A stretch of DNA of 64,000 nt. Source: Balanoglossus misakiensis. Taxonomy: Eukaryota > Animalia > Hemichordata. Where the stretch lies: positions 17,563,500 to 17,627,499 of the forward strand of contig CM082577.2 in assembly GCA_040954595.2 (NCBI GenBank), written 5' to 3'. Made by a program: the position numbers and the translations under genes. Shown one piece after another: positions 12,951 through 25,700 of the stretch (its first letter is position 1; every line of letters starts with the position of its first letter). A model generated the notes under the pieces. It ran no database searches, was not told the DNA's origin, and saw nothing but the letters and a program-made list of their open reading frames with translations.

Positions 12951-13630
12951 TGACTTCTAAACATTTAATCTGTGGAATAAAAATGGGGGATCAACCAGCA
13001 GGATTTTTGGGAAAAGCGCCCTCTATCTAGCACCTCTTTCAGCTTTTGCCAGTATTCGTAGAAAACGGCTTCATATACAAGTATTTTTTTTTTTTTGGGG
13101 GGGGGGGGTCATATTTTTTCACCATTATAGAATGTAAACTTACTGAATATTTTGTTTTTAGCAATTTTGAGAATTTATCTTGTTCAGTATGATAAACGCA
13201 TATCAGTAAAACTTAAATTAAACACAGAAACATCCACTTTAATATAATTGGTTTACCACTGCAAGACTTAAAATATTTTAAAACTTGGTAGATACCTTGT
13301 TTGAAATATATCAAATCAATTTAAGGCAAAAAAATAAGGGGGTCACCACGCAAATTGTTGAGAAACAGCAAGTTAATATTAGATTTCGGGCGTTTTCAAC
13401 AGCCCAGGATAGGCTGCAAAAGGGTTTGGTTGCTATAGCAACCAACAGTATTGCAAACACGCCAAAATGTCAGTCCCAAATTTAATAATCACATTGTATG
13501 TACTAAAATAACCCCACAGCACTACACTACAACTTTGTTTGAAAAACACTGGAACTATAATTTGACTTTTTACACTCTGCGTAGAAACCTGTGCAAACAA
13601 CTAAAATGATTGAGGCACGATATTCCTTAA

Positions 13631-13701
13631 CCCTTTCAAGCCTGGCTTTCTGGGAACGTATCCGAATTTCTCCTATATATAGGATATCCGGCCAGAAAGG
13701 G
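13631..13701. mobile_element. 71-bp piggyBac-like mini-element
   Basis: TTAA|CCCTTTC...GAAAGGG|TTAA. Confidence 0.7.
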
Positions 13702-14323
13702 TTAAACTTTGGGGCAATTTTTGCCGTTTTTGGTAAAAACATCTTATTTCCTGGAGCTGATGGTCAGATTACTTTGAAATTTGGTATGCAGGTTCCTCGG
13801 GGTGACAAAAGTAAATTTTTTTCAAACTCTGGTGAAATTTGCATATTTGTAGTTTTGGGACAAAGTTTGCGTGTTTTATAAATGAATGAAATGCTGGAAA
13901 CTAAGAACATTTTTATAAAAGAACTTTAATAAAAAAAATTCAAAAAATGAACACCATTCACACCTTAACAAATCATAGAATAGCAGTTCTCTGTACCCAG
14001 TCAATAAAAGTATTAGTAAACAATGACCTTTAATGTATTTGTTTGGCAAAATGAGATACGGTATAAAACATGGGTATCCAGGAATAAAGCTTCACATTTC
14101 GGTGGAATGATCACCCAGAAACAGTTAATGGATAAATGTGTAAAGTCGACTCACAGAAACTGTAATTTCCATGAGTCAATCAAAGGAAGAGTCGTTTTAC
14201 GTACAAACTGACACAGTACATATCATGTTACGTAAATTATAAAAAGAAAATTACAAAAAAATACATTTGCAGGCACAGGGAGCATAATATCACAAAATGC
14301 AAATTAAATGTGTTCATTTATTG

Positions 14324-14395
14324 TGGGCCATCCCAAGCAGAAAGGGTCATAAGCATAGCGCTCCCATAAGACCCATTTCTGCTTGGGAAGGCCCA
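14324..14395. repeat. 72-nt hairpin with a stem of about 27 bp
   Basis: TGGGCCATCCCAAGCAGAAAGGGTC pairs with GACCCATTTCTGCTTGGGAAGGCCCA. Confidence 0.8.
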
Positions 14396-14620
14396 TGTGT
14401 GTTTCACTCTGGCATTAAAAAAATGTGTCCAGCACATGCCAAAATTTAACTCGGGCTACTGAAGAATCATGCTCATGATTAAATTAGTGAATATTCTTCC
14501 CACGACCAGCATAGGGACTCACACAATATCAGTATTAGTAGTGTTCTCATAATTGTAATTGGCAAAAACTGAATTATATTATCAGTAAACATGATCATGA
14601 ATGTATTTGTCAAACCCATT

Positions 14621-15155
14621 ATTTATTTTTTTATTCTTTATTTCAGGCCATATGCCCATACTGTAAAAAAAACATACAAAAAAACAGAAACAACTCCATA
14701 AAAAGAGACACAAAGGAAAAAAAAATCCAATAAACTTAATAAAGAACAACCCTGCAATGCCCCCAGAATGTGGATAGAAAGTAGCAGTCTGTCTGTACAC
14801 AGCTGCGGATAACCGGGTTACCGCTCTTCTGTAAGCGTTGACAAAAGGAAAAAAAACAGTTTTCGATGTAGCGAGGTGAAGTTCAAAATATTCCTACTTA
14901 CAAAGTTATGACTTATGCTTACATCGCGTTTCAGATTAAAAATTAATCTCAAGGCATTGTTATACGCAACTTTTAAAGTAGACATTTGTTTGACACTGTA
15001 GTTACACCACACGTTAAGACAATAAACACTATATAAAAAACTTTTAAAAAGAGTGCACTTCACCTTATGTGAGCAGTGGCCAAAATTACGCAAAATAAAA
15101 TTAGCTCAGCATCATCCATACCCGAAGAGGACATAATACAGCCAAGATACTGGTA
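14621..15155 (-). mobile_element. 5'-truncated non-LTR retrotransposon fragment (RTE-X-like)
   Basis: Minus-strand YQYLGCIMSSSGMDD (YLG motif) and RNFGHCSHKVKCTLFKSF...LKVAYNNALRLIF resemble the region C-terminal to LINE reverse transcriptase. The 3' end is TATGGGCATATGGCCTGAAATAAAG followed by an A-rich tail. The clade was assigned from memory of the family. Confidence 0.75.
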
Positions 15156-16709
15156 GGGTCTATGTTTGTACATACATACTTAAGAGGTTTACCATACAAA
15201 TGTACAATCTATAAACTTCCATCATGGTCAAGTTCAGTTTGTTGCAAACATCGATCAAATTCTTTCCATCACTGGTTCATCCTGATTGATGTGTTGGGCG
15301 TCGTTGGACCAATACAAACAAACATGGATTGTAAACATATATTGTTGAATGCATTATTGGCTGAAAATACTATATGGGTTAGTGAACAAACATGTGCATT
15401 TCATACATTATTGAATACATTATTGGTTGAAAGTAGCAAGTAAAATGAGGTAGGGTACAATACCAGTATAGGCATGTACAGAAGTTCATATCAGCCTAAA
15501 CTCTAAAACAGAAAGAAAACTTGCCAAATAACAAAAACTGTACACCAAGTTCATAAACTTCACTATCATTATAGGGTACATGGTTTTGAAATTACAATTA
15601 AATAAATTGTGTAAATGGGACACTGCTCTTCGTAAAGGCAGTCTGTGAAAGGCATAGCCACGTACCTATACACAAATATATTTTTCAGGTACTGGTACAT
15701 TCATGGTAATTTTGCTATTCAAATATTTTCAATTTTGGATTTTTCTGCTAAATACATGATATCAATTAATAAATGAACTTTAAAAAAAATACTCTACAAC
15801 ATCGTACATGTACTTATTAGGGTAAAATCATTAAAATGTTTTTCACAGTAGATTTTGATCTGATGTGTGACAAATTAAAACAATGTTTGACCCTCCTACC
15901 ACCAACAACAGGTGGTTCAGCCCTATTGTTGTGTCAAGGGTACTTGGACCTACTTGGACCTATCTAAAGGAAAACAGGCAGAGAAGTTTATTGAGAATAC
16001 AATGTCACCATCTTTTGTGACAATTTATTAGATTTTATTTTTCATTATCTATGTGTATTTTCACACTTCAAGCGCAGACAGTATGTATGTTGAGTTATAG
16101 CATCTGTTGCTTCAACATATTTCCATTTGTAGAACAACATCAACAACTCACCATGTCAAACAAATAATAGTCTCGCAATTTACAAAATGTGCCTGAGTTT
16201 TCTCAGATTTGCATGATACAAAAATAAAGTAGTACAGACTATACACTGCTCACTGATAAGTAATTTCTAATGCAGTCAATCATAACATTGTTGGTTTCCA
16301 TTTTTAACATGCTTGTATTACAGTTAATATAATGAGTTTTACTACCGTAAAAACGGTACATCTGATCATATCTGTGTCTTTAAATCATAGTAAGCTCAGA
16401 TGAAAGATTGAACTTCAGAATGCACTTACTGCATATTCATATACCTTGCACAGCACATAAAATAACAAATTTTACTTGAAGACAACATATAATTTCATGA
16501 CATGGTTTCTGAGATAATGCTTCGATCATCATTGTTTTTATCATCTAGCACATTAATGTTGCTTCTGACGAAAAACACTACATGTAAATTGATTGTTTAT
16601 CTTACATAAAAGTTCAGGTAAATTCATCCTTGGTGTGTACCTCAGAATAAAAAGCTGTATATGAGAGACTTCATATGAGGCACCTGTGGTTGACCAACAA
16701 CACATCACC

Positions 16710-19700
16710 TTACTGCCAAACCTGTAAGGTAAAACATTTAAATGCATTGAATTTCAGTAAGAACATTTTGCTAACATTTCTTATGTGGACAATTAGTATA
16801 ACAAACTATCAATGTAATCTGGTGATATATGATCAGAGATACAGCTACCTTTCCAAAAAGAACTTTAAACTGTTGTGACCAGCCTAACAGAAAATGAACA
16901 GATGTAATGTTACAAATTAATTGTATTCTGGGAAATTGAACTTTACCCAACTCAAAAGCTGATTGAGAAAACTGTTTGTATCTGTTGAGTTTGACTGCAA
17001 ATACTTCAACAAACTCCATCATGTACTTCATAGGTAAAGAGCAAATCTTGTTTAGCAACGGTGGATAGAGAAATCTGCATACAATTTTATCCATTCACAG
17101 CTGTTACGATAAATTTCCTGACATTCAACTTTGTGTATTCCCAATTCATAAACTACCAGATGATCAGACTGGTTGTCATGACAACTCACCTTGACCGTAC
17201 TGTCTACAGCTCCTGAAAACACACGCCCTCTGGAGCCAGCTAGACATGCAACACTACCTTGATGTCTGAGCAATGTCTGTGTACAGATCATATTCTCCAT
17301 ACTCCATACCTGTTGAATTCATGCAAAGTCCAAATCACTTTGAAATCTGTACAGCTGATTTATTTCTCCTTGATACGAGTTGAAATGCTGTTCACAGTGG
17401 TGAGAACTTTTCAGAAGATACTTTAACAGAAGTGCTGAACAAGGGCAAGGTGAGGAGATAAATTGGATCAATTTATTCAGTGATAAATGTTCACATACCC
17501 TGAGCGTTCTATCATAGGATGCACTGAATACCCGGGTACTGCCTGGAACTTGTATGACAGCCAATGCGTACACAGTACCAACGTGTCCTGTTAGAGTGTC
17601 AAGTTGGTCGTAATTCTCAACATCCCATACCTGAAAAAAATTAGCATACAATGTATACTGTTTAGAGTCACATGTACCAGGAATGCTACTTGTGATGTCA
17701 TCATTGAATATATACAGGCTTCAGTTTACAATAATTCCATAATCAATTCAGCTGCAAACAGCATAATTTTATTGAAAAATTAGCTGGTCATTCCAAACTG
17801 CATTTCAATTCTACAGTCCAGAGTATGAGCTTTCCTGCTTGATATTTTTACTCTTGGTTCAGTATACCCATGTTGACTGGCCATGACGGCATCAGCATAC
17901 GTTTGAAACCCGAGGGACTGTGAGTCGACGCAGGCCTCGTGAAACAGTCTGTTTATGGAGGGTGACTCACAGTCTCGAGGGGTGAAAGACGTATGCTGAT
18001 GCCCTCATGGCCAGTCAACATGGTGCATTATGCAATATGTTTTTTTTCATATGAGCAGGTATAATTTTCGGAACTGATGCTTGGCGGGCAACAGTTCGGA
18101 CAACTGATGACTTATAAGTTATATATGGATCAGCACGAAAAGAATGCATACCATGTGATTATCGATTGACGAATGAGAACACAGACTGTGGATGAGGTGT
18201 GTTACAATGAAATTTGACTACTTGCAAAAGCAAAGAATACTCACATGAATACAGTTTTCATAAGTTCCAGCCAGCAGATAGTGACTAGTGACCGCAATGG
18301 AGTAAACACTGCCACCTGATGTCTGCAAAACGTGAACTATCTCCAAGGTTTTCAAATCCCAAACCTGATGAAGCAAAAACAACAAAAAGAATTTATGTGA
18401 TAATATCAATCAAGCCATAATCAGCCTACAAGCATCAGAGTTGTACTCTTGTGGATTTTGCTTTCACCACTCATGATATATGTGACTGTACCTCTTCCTG
18501 GCTGAGAAACAACAAACTGAAAACAAACAACTGAGGTTATGAACATTTTTGTAGCACCATTCGAGACAGCAAATGCTGACATACAATGTACCTACCTTAA
18601 TAGTTTGATAGGAGCCACTGTAGAGATAATTACCAGATGCAACCAATGCCCTAACCCAATGATTCAATCCAGTCAGTTCTCTTGCGTATTCATGTGTGTG
18701 GATATCATAAACCTATGAAACAATGCAAAACTATAGCTGTTATTCATTCAAGTTACAAATATAAGTTTATGTTGCTGTGCACTTGGTACATACTTCTGTG
18801 TGACTGACAGGGGCGGGCATTAGGTCAAGATTTACACACAACATGGCAAGTACAATAGGTTATTTGGATCAGAGAGTTAAAGTGGTGAAGAATTCAAAGG
18901 TCCCGGAGGAATATAAGTAGGGAGTAATGGGGAGGTAGCAGACTATGTGAACCAGCAAATCCAATTATTCAATTCCAATGACCAGTATTTGTACTCATTT
19001 TATTGTGAGAGTGGGGATGGTTGGCAGACATTTTCATTTGGAACGGCCACTGAGAATGATAAATATGTTTATGTCAGTACAATTGCAAAATTCTGTTAAA
19101 TACACAGGCTTTCTGAAATAGCTTATCACACACAACACAACATTTTGAGATTATCAAAACTTTTAGAAGCCCTGTACATACATCCTTGCTATACTGTCTA
19201 TAACAATTTGAATAATCTAGTATGTACCCACCTTGATGACTTTCAATGATCCACTAAAGAGCATATTATTGGCAGCAACTAGAGTACATACTGGGTTATC
19301 ATGTGCCTTGATCTCTTTCACATAACTCAGAGTGTCAATATCCCACACCTGTAGATATATATATATATTACTTGTCAATTTTCATATCTACCGGTATTAC
19401 TGTAAGTTTTCTGTACACTGCAAAATGTAACAAAGTCAGGTCTTTCTGGCATTTATTCATTGGTGGGATTTCTCTAAAGGATAATATGGTACTTCAGTAT
19501 TAATTAAAGGCACGAATGAAAGACATGAACAGCTTGAGTAACAAAATGTAACAACAGGCCAAAATGTTACGTGCAAAACTTGTCCAAAGATTTTCTCCCA
19601 ATCTTAAGGTGGCAAACTTGGCATTAATACAGCAAATGGCTGTCAAATTTCTGATTTTCTGCCTTTAGTTTAAGAACAAGAAATCATGTCAACTTACCCT

Positions 19701-22700
19701 GATAGTAGTGTCTGCTGAACCACTGTACAACATTTTACTGAAACAGAAAAGCATTCAACATGTTAAACATAGAGAATTTGACTTCACTAGACATTTCCGA
19801 TTTTTTTCCACCTCCTATTACCCTTAGGATCTAGTACAATGTACTTCTTATACGTAATATTTGTAAGAATAAGTAATAATGATCATTCATTCATTCACAT
19901 TACAGTGAATCAAAATTGATATACTATAACAACCATTGAGTATTGTATCATGTGTTACTACAGGCATAGTCATTGCCCCACACCGGATATCTTTACTGAC
20001 ATCACCACCACAACCCCCCTCCCCCACAACACACATACACATATGGTGATACATGTGTCAGGATTATACAGCATTCTTCACATTCAATAAACTGATCACA
20101 AAACTAATCCGACTAAAGCTGCCACACTACATGAATGTTGTGGCCACCCACCAACCCCTTCACTGGCACACAGATTTCAGAGTGTCACCAGCAATCACAA
20201 ATCACCTACACATGTATATATAATGAACTCCAATTCCTGCCCTTGACAACTCTTTCAGCACTATAGCTGTGGCTGCCTTCATTTTCAGGTGACTTACCCA
20301 TGAACACAGAGAGAAAGAACAATCCCAGTGTGGCCTTCCATTGTTTTCTGACATGTATATGTTGTACATGTGTCCCACACTTTAATTGTCTTATCTGAAG
20401 AACCACTGAATAACAGATCACCATGGACACACAAACACCAAACAGGACCTTGATGTCCAACAAATGTACCTTTGCATTTGAACACTGACTGTGTGTCGTA
20501 ACCTGAAATATCAAAGAAATGCATGGAAAAGATTTGGGGAATTAGGATTCTGGAATAATGTTATTATGCCAAATAGAGTGTACCCACCACAGACAACAAA
20601 TGTTGTCACAGATGAACAGATATTCATGCAAAAAGAAAATTGTATGTGAGGGATGCTATGGTCATTGATATGTTGTTTTGTTAAGTTACACGTGGCATTA
20701 TCAGGAGGGATGATGCTCTCTGACCATTTGAAGCTTCTGAATTACAAATGTCCATCATGTAAGATCTGTAGGTATTGAGCTATTATACATTAATTGAACA
20801 AGATTATGTTAAAACATAAATACGAAATGGAAGTTCACAAGTTACGCTTGAGATACTTACATCCGACTGGTGCTGTATTCAACCTTGTATTAACGTGTGA
20901 CAATTCTTCGTTGATCATTGAGCAGTCTCTCCTCAAATCATACAACTCGTTGGATATTCTGCTTTGATTTCCATCTAAAACATCTGCAGACATAACCACG
21001 ATTAGGTTTGTGAGTATCCACTGGTACTCACTGAGTTGCACTGCATATGCATCAACCAATGTGCATTGGACCAACTGGGGCCCAAACTTTGTCAAAAAAG
21101 TTAAATTACTTCAAGGAAATTTGGAAGTTTAAATAGGGCCGCTTATGTCATTTTGTCCCAGTGATAGTTGATTGCCTCTTCTGTCATTGTTTATGTATTT
21201 TCATGTTGATAAGATGTGACAATGAGATGCTAATGCAGGTTGGCCTTGGGAAAGCCCGAAGCTGACACAACTGGTAATTTAGTTCACCAGTTTACTTGGC
21301 CATCAACGGATCAAGCAGTCACTTCAAATTTAGTAGACTTATCTTGACATTGTTTGCGGGCATTTCAAACAGCGCCCTCTATCGGTTGGATATGTAGTTG
21401 TCAAATTCGAACTACCAGTAAGTTCACGTGATTTTTGGAGCAAATTTTTATTTGATGGAGCTTGTCATGAACGTTTCATACTACCATACATGACATAGGC
21501 ATCAGTGTTAATGCTGTACGATTTTTTTATATCAGGTTAACCATGAAATTTGACAAAAAATTTGTTTCCTGTTGTGTTTCCTGTTGCATGTCTTAAAACC
21601 ATAGGAATAGCTTACCGAAGGATTTTTCCAGTCTTGATTGGTTTTCATCCAGAATTTCTGTGCAGCAGGGGAGAAAGAAAAGGAAAACCTGTGATGAGAT
21701 GAAGAGTTTACTGATATATCTCAGACTACTGTCACATCAACACAGCAGCTTATACTTCATTGTGTCAAATGTCGCAATGGCACATGTTGGCGGAATCTTC
21801 CATTTGTAATTAAAGCCTCATTAGCTTTTACTTAATGTTTGGCTTATTTTTCTAGTATCAAATGCTACCCTAAAACAAACAATATACAAAAAAGGCTGAT
21901 CATGATGGAGCTTTCAAGTGTAACATTACATAACAATCCAATGAATTTGAATACAGACCTATTTTGAGTTCATTGGCTTTTTCCAGTCTATCAACCCTCT
22001 CAGATAACTTTCCAAGCATGGATCTCAGGAATCCAACCTCTTGATCTTTCTTTTCCAGACTTATCTGCAACTCAGTCACTTTGTCCTCTGTACTTTGTAG
22101 GAATTCTTTCATGGATTCATATCGACAGGATGATAGGTGAGTTTGCATTTCCTGCTCTGTGCCCACAAAGAGACATCCATATTTCTGATGATCACATTTT
22201 CTTTGGTCACATACTTTCAAATGGGCTTCCATATCCTGTTGAAAACAATCAGGGTTTTGTGGGTTTTTTCAAATTGATCAAAATGTTTTTGGAGGTCTTG
22301 TAATCAAGTCGGGTACAACAATTTGATGAGTACAGTATGTCATGAAACCCTTTCCCTGCAACCAGATTAAATTTAAGAGAAAACAATTTTTCAGGTATTT
22401 CTATTTGTATTGTTTTGCTTTATACCTGTTCTAGATATCTGCATGGCCAGTATATTTAACATTAGTACCAATCGTCATACAGTGAGACTGTTCAATAAGT
22501 TGAGACAAACTTGTTTGTGCAGGGAAAGATGTGGTGTTTCCCCACAGCAAATGATCTCACAGTCTATGGCAGCAATGTATGCTTGTTGAAGTGGTGTTAC
22601 CAAATATGAGGAAACAGAACTAAGTATCTCACTAATTAGTGAAGGAAGTGGCATGAAATATCACTGATACTAACTTACCATTTTCAGTATCAATGGACAT

Positions 22701-25700
22701 GATGAGTTGTTGGGACACTGAAGAGGAGCATAGCCACATTCATTCTCATGAACTCTATCAACATTGCAAAAAAATTATACGGATAGCATTAGTGTTACAT
22801 TTTTAAGCACAAGGATACCAGAAGTGTTTTTATTGAATTATGAATACAAAAATTCCCAACATTCATATTTTAAATTATGTTCAATATACCTCTGTGCAGT
22901 GTAAGTCACATCTACAAATTGATATCTAAACAACTTCGATTGGAATGGTTTCATTTTTAGGCAGTATAGTGATCTATACAAGTGGGTTTTTTTAATAGAC
23001 AACTAACTGGACCACCAACTTTTTACTGACATCAACTGTAAAAGATACAAATCCTGATATTTTCTGTGGCAAATAGTTACACATAATGTCAGATTGTATC
23101 TCTGCTAAACTGGAAGTAACACACAGTGATCACATAACTATATCTCTGATTGGTCAGATCCTCTGTGAAACCAGAAAGTGCACACTAAAAGAAGGAAGAT
23201 AAAACAAATCTGATTGGATGTTTTGAGGCAAATAATGCCACCCTTTCATGTGATTCTAAGCTACAGTGTTTTTGCTAAGGTCGGGGAACATAGGTAAATG
23301 GCCGGGGAACTCAGGAAACATGTTGACCATGCACCCCCCCCCCCACCACCGAGCTAGCTATACTTTTTTCCACTACTAAGTAACATACCTTCTTTCATTG
23401 ACTTTGATTGTCATTGGACACCCATTGGGATTGACCTCATACTCCCCTGGGACACCATTACTTGATGGTCGACATCCATACTTGCAATGGATTTGAAGTT
23501 CACCAATCTGTTCCTGCACAGCTATGTTGGCAACTACAAATGATAATTTCTTCTCATCCACTGGACACTTGCCTGTAAAATAATGAACAAAAAGAAAGAA
23601 GTCAATGACTTCTACAGACTTCTATTGACAAGCTAAATTGGTGATTAGCAAAAACCTAGTATAGTCTGACCCTTAATGAAATCATTTGAAATGATTCCAT
23701 GTATGAAATAGTGTAAGTCATTCTACAATGGATGAAAAGGTGTGGCTTACTAAACTGCACAATTCTTGAAGTCCAGATGAAATGATGTTACATGTACTTT
23801 CATAATAACCAGATAAATCAGCAGCTATCAAGTGAAATTTACAACTGTGGAATTACATTATCTGATACTTTAAAGCAGTGTTTGAAATGAAAATATTGCA
23901 GGAAAATCTGAGCATTAACTTATGTGAAAAAAACAATGTCACCGTAATACGAGTTCATGAAGAATTTGATATACCGGGAAGCAAACAATGGAACGATTCG
24001 GAGACCTGTTAATGTCTCAATGCCTGTCAACAACAACTACATTGTACTACATACACACATACAACTGTATTGTATTGTATTATCACCAATTATTTTCCTA
24101 TGCATGATATGAGTTATGGTCAAAAGGGGTGTGTCTGGTGTTCACACAACCATGTGGTGGTTCAGCTTTATTTCAAGTCACCAACTGTGTGAAGGTGATT
24201 TTCCCTGTTCATTGTTTTGTTGTTGTTAGATTTACACAGAATATTTGTAAGTGCCACCGTCATCAGTTGTTGGAAATCTGTCTCCAAGCTCATCACATCT
24301 ATCAAATATCTGATTGGGTGTCGTCAAGCTTTAATAGTTAAGTATTTATCATTCTCACATATCAAGTTAGTAAACTATAATGCACAAATGTCAGTTTAAC
24401 TTTGTAATGACTGCCATACTATCACTGTTAATGAACAAATCCATGCACAACTTCTAATTACATGTCACATGTACAAAGATGGTTCAGTCAGTGTAAACTG
24501 TAATGGAATTCAGGGATCACTTTTCAAACAATTATCAATTTCATGTACCCCCGGTATCTGAAACAGAACTTTGTGTTTGAAACTCACCATGTCCGCCTCT
24601 AGTGACACAAATTTTACAATACGTGTGCTGAAATAGAGGAAATATAACAGAGAAAAAAAGATGAAGTTTTGAAGTTTTTAAATTCCTGATTGCTTAAAAG
24701 CAAAATACTAAATATCCTTACATATTTCATGCTGCCAAATGGGTATGTGATCATGAAGATACAAAACAAGAAAATTACATTCATCCATGGCGAGACGCCA
24801 GTCAAAATATTGTAAACAGTGGTTTAGAATTGGGTGCAATTTTCATGACAGCCAAAATCTACCAGAGTACAAATGTACCCCTAAGAGCATCACCGGGCAG
24901 GTCATGCCTCAGAAGTTCCAAGTTGCATTACAACCCAACTGTAGTCAAATCCTTAACATGTTTCAACTGTTTCAACATGTACTCCATCAATCACAACATG
25001 AAAACATTGTATTGTGATACTTACCCCACAACTGGTGATCACTGGATCCTTGAACACTTTTTTGCAGAGCAGACAATATAATTTTTTGTTTGGAGGCTCA
25101 GTGAATAGTAGGATTTCCTGTAAATGATGTCAATTTGAGAGTCAATTGAACATGAACGGTTTTATGTATATATAAGAATAAGTCTGATTGCGTGTCTATA
25201 ACACATTTTGGCATTGTTATCCCCAAGGACAGTTGAACAAAAAAAACAGCAGGGAAACCATGCACAAAGGAATAAATAGAGAATGTCAAGGTCATTCCTT
25301 CCCTCATTCCCTGACTGATTTAAGAACAGAACACAGCAAGTCACAATCATACACCAATAGAAGCCTACATGTATGAATACAACCTTCACAGAATGCAAAA
25401 CTGTAACCACTTATCCCAATTCAGATTCTTATTTTCTCGTACCAACCAAGACTTTAGAAGAGAATTAAAGATTGAATACACATTGACTGTTAAAGAAATA
25501 CAATACTAGGTTGGCAGTGGAATATGATTGGGGGTCCAGTATTCGCTTATCTGTCAAGCTCAGTGTGTCTGTTTAGTGTAACCGTGGTGATTAGTTTTAC
25601 TTTTCTTCCATCATTGGCAGCGATCAAGTCCACAAATTTCATCCTAAATGTTTGTTAACTTTCTTGACCAAAACAATACCCTGTGTGTTTTACAAGTAAA

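Noticed and set aside
12975-13630. Possible TTAA-ended transposon finishing at ...GATATTCC|TTAA
   Set aside because: Looks repeat-derived, but I could not find a matching left TIR or TSD.
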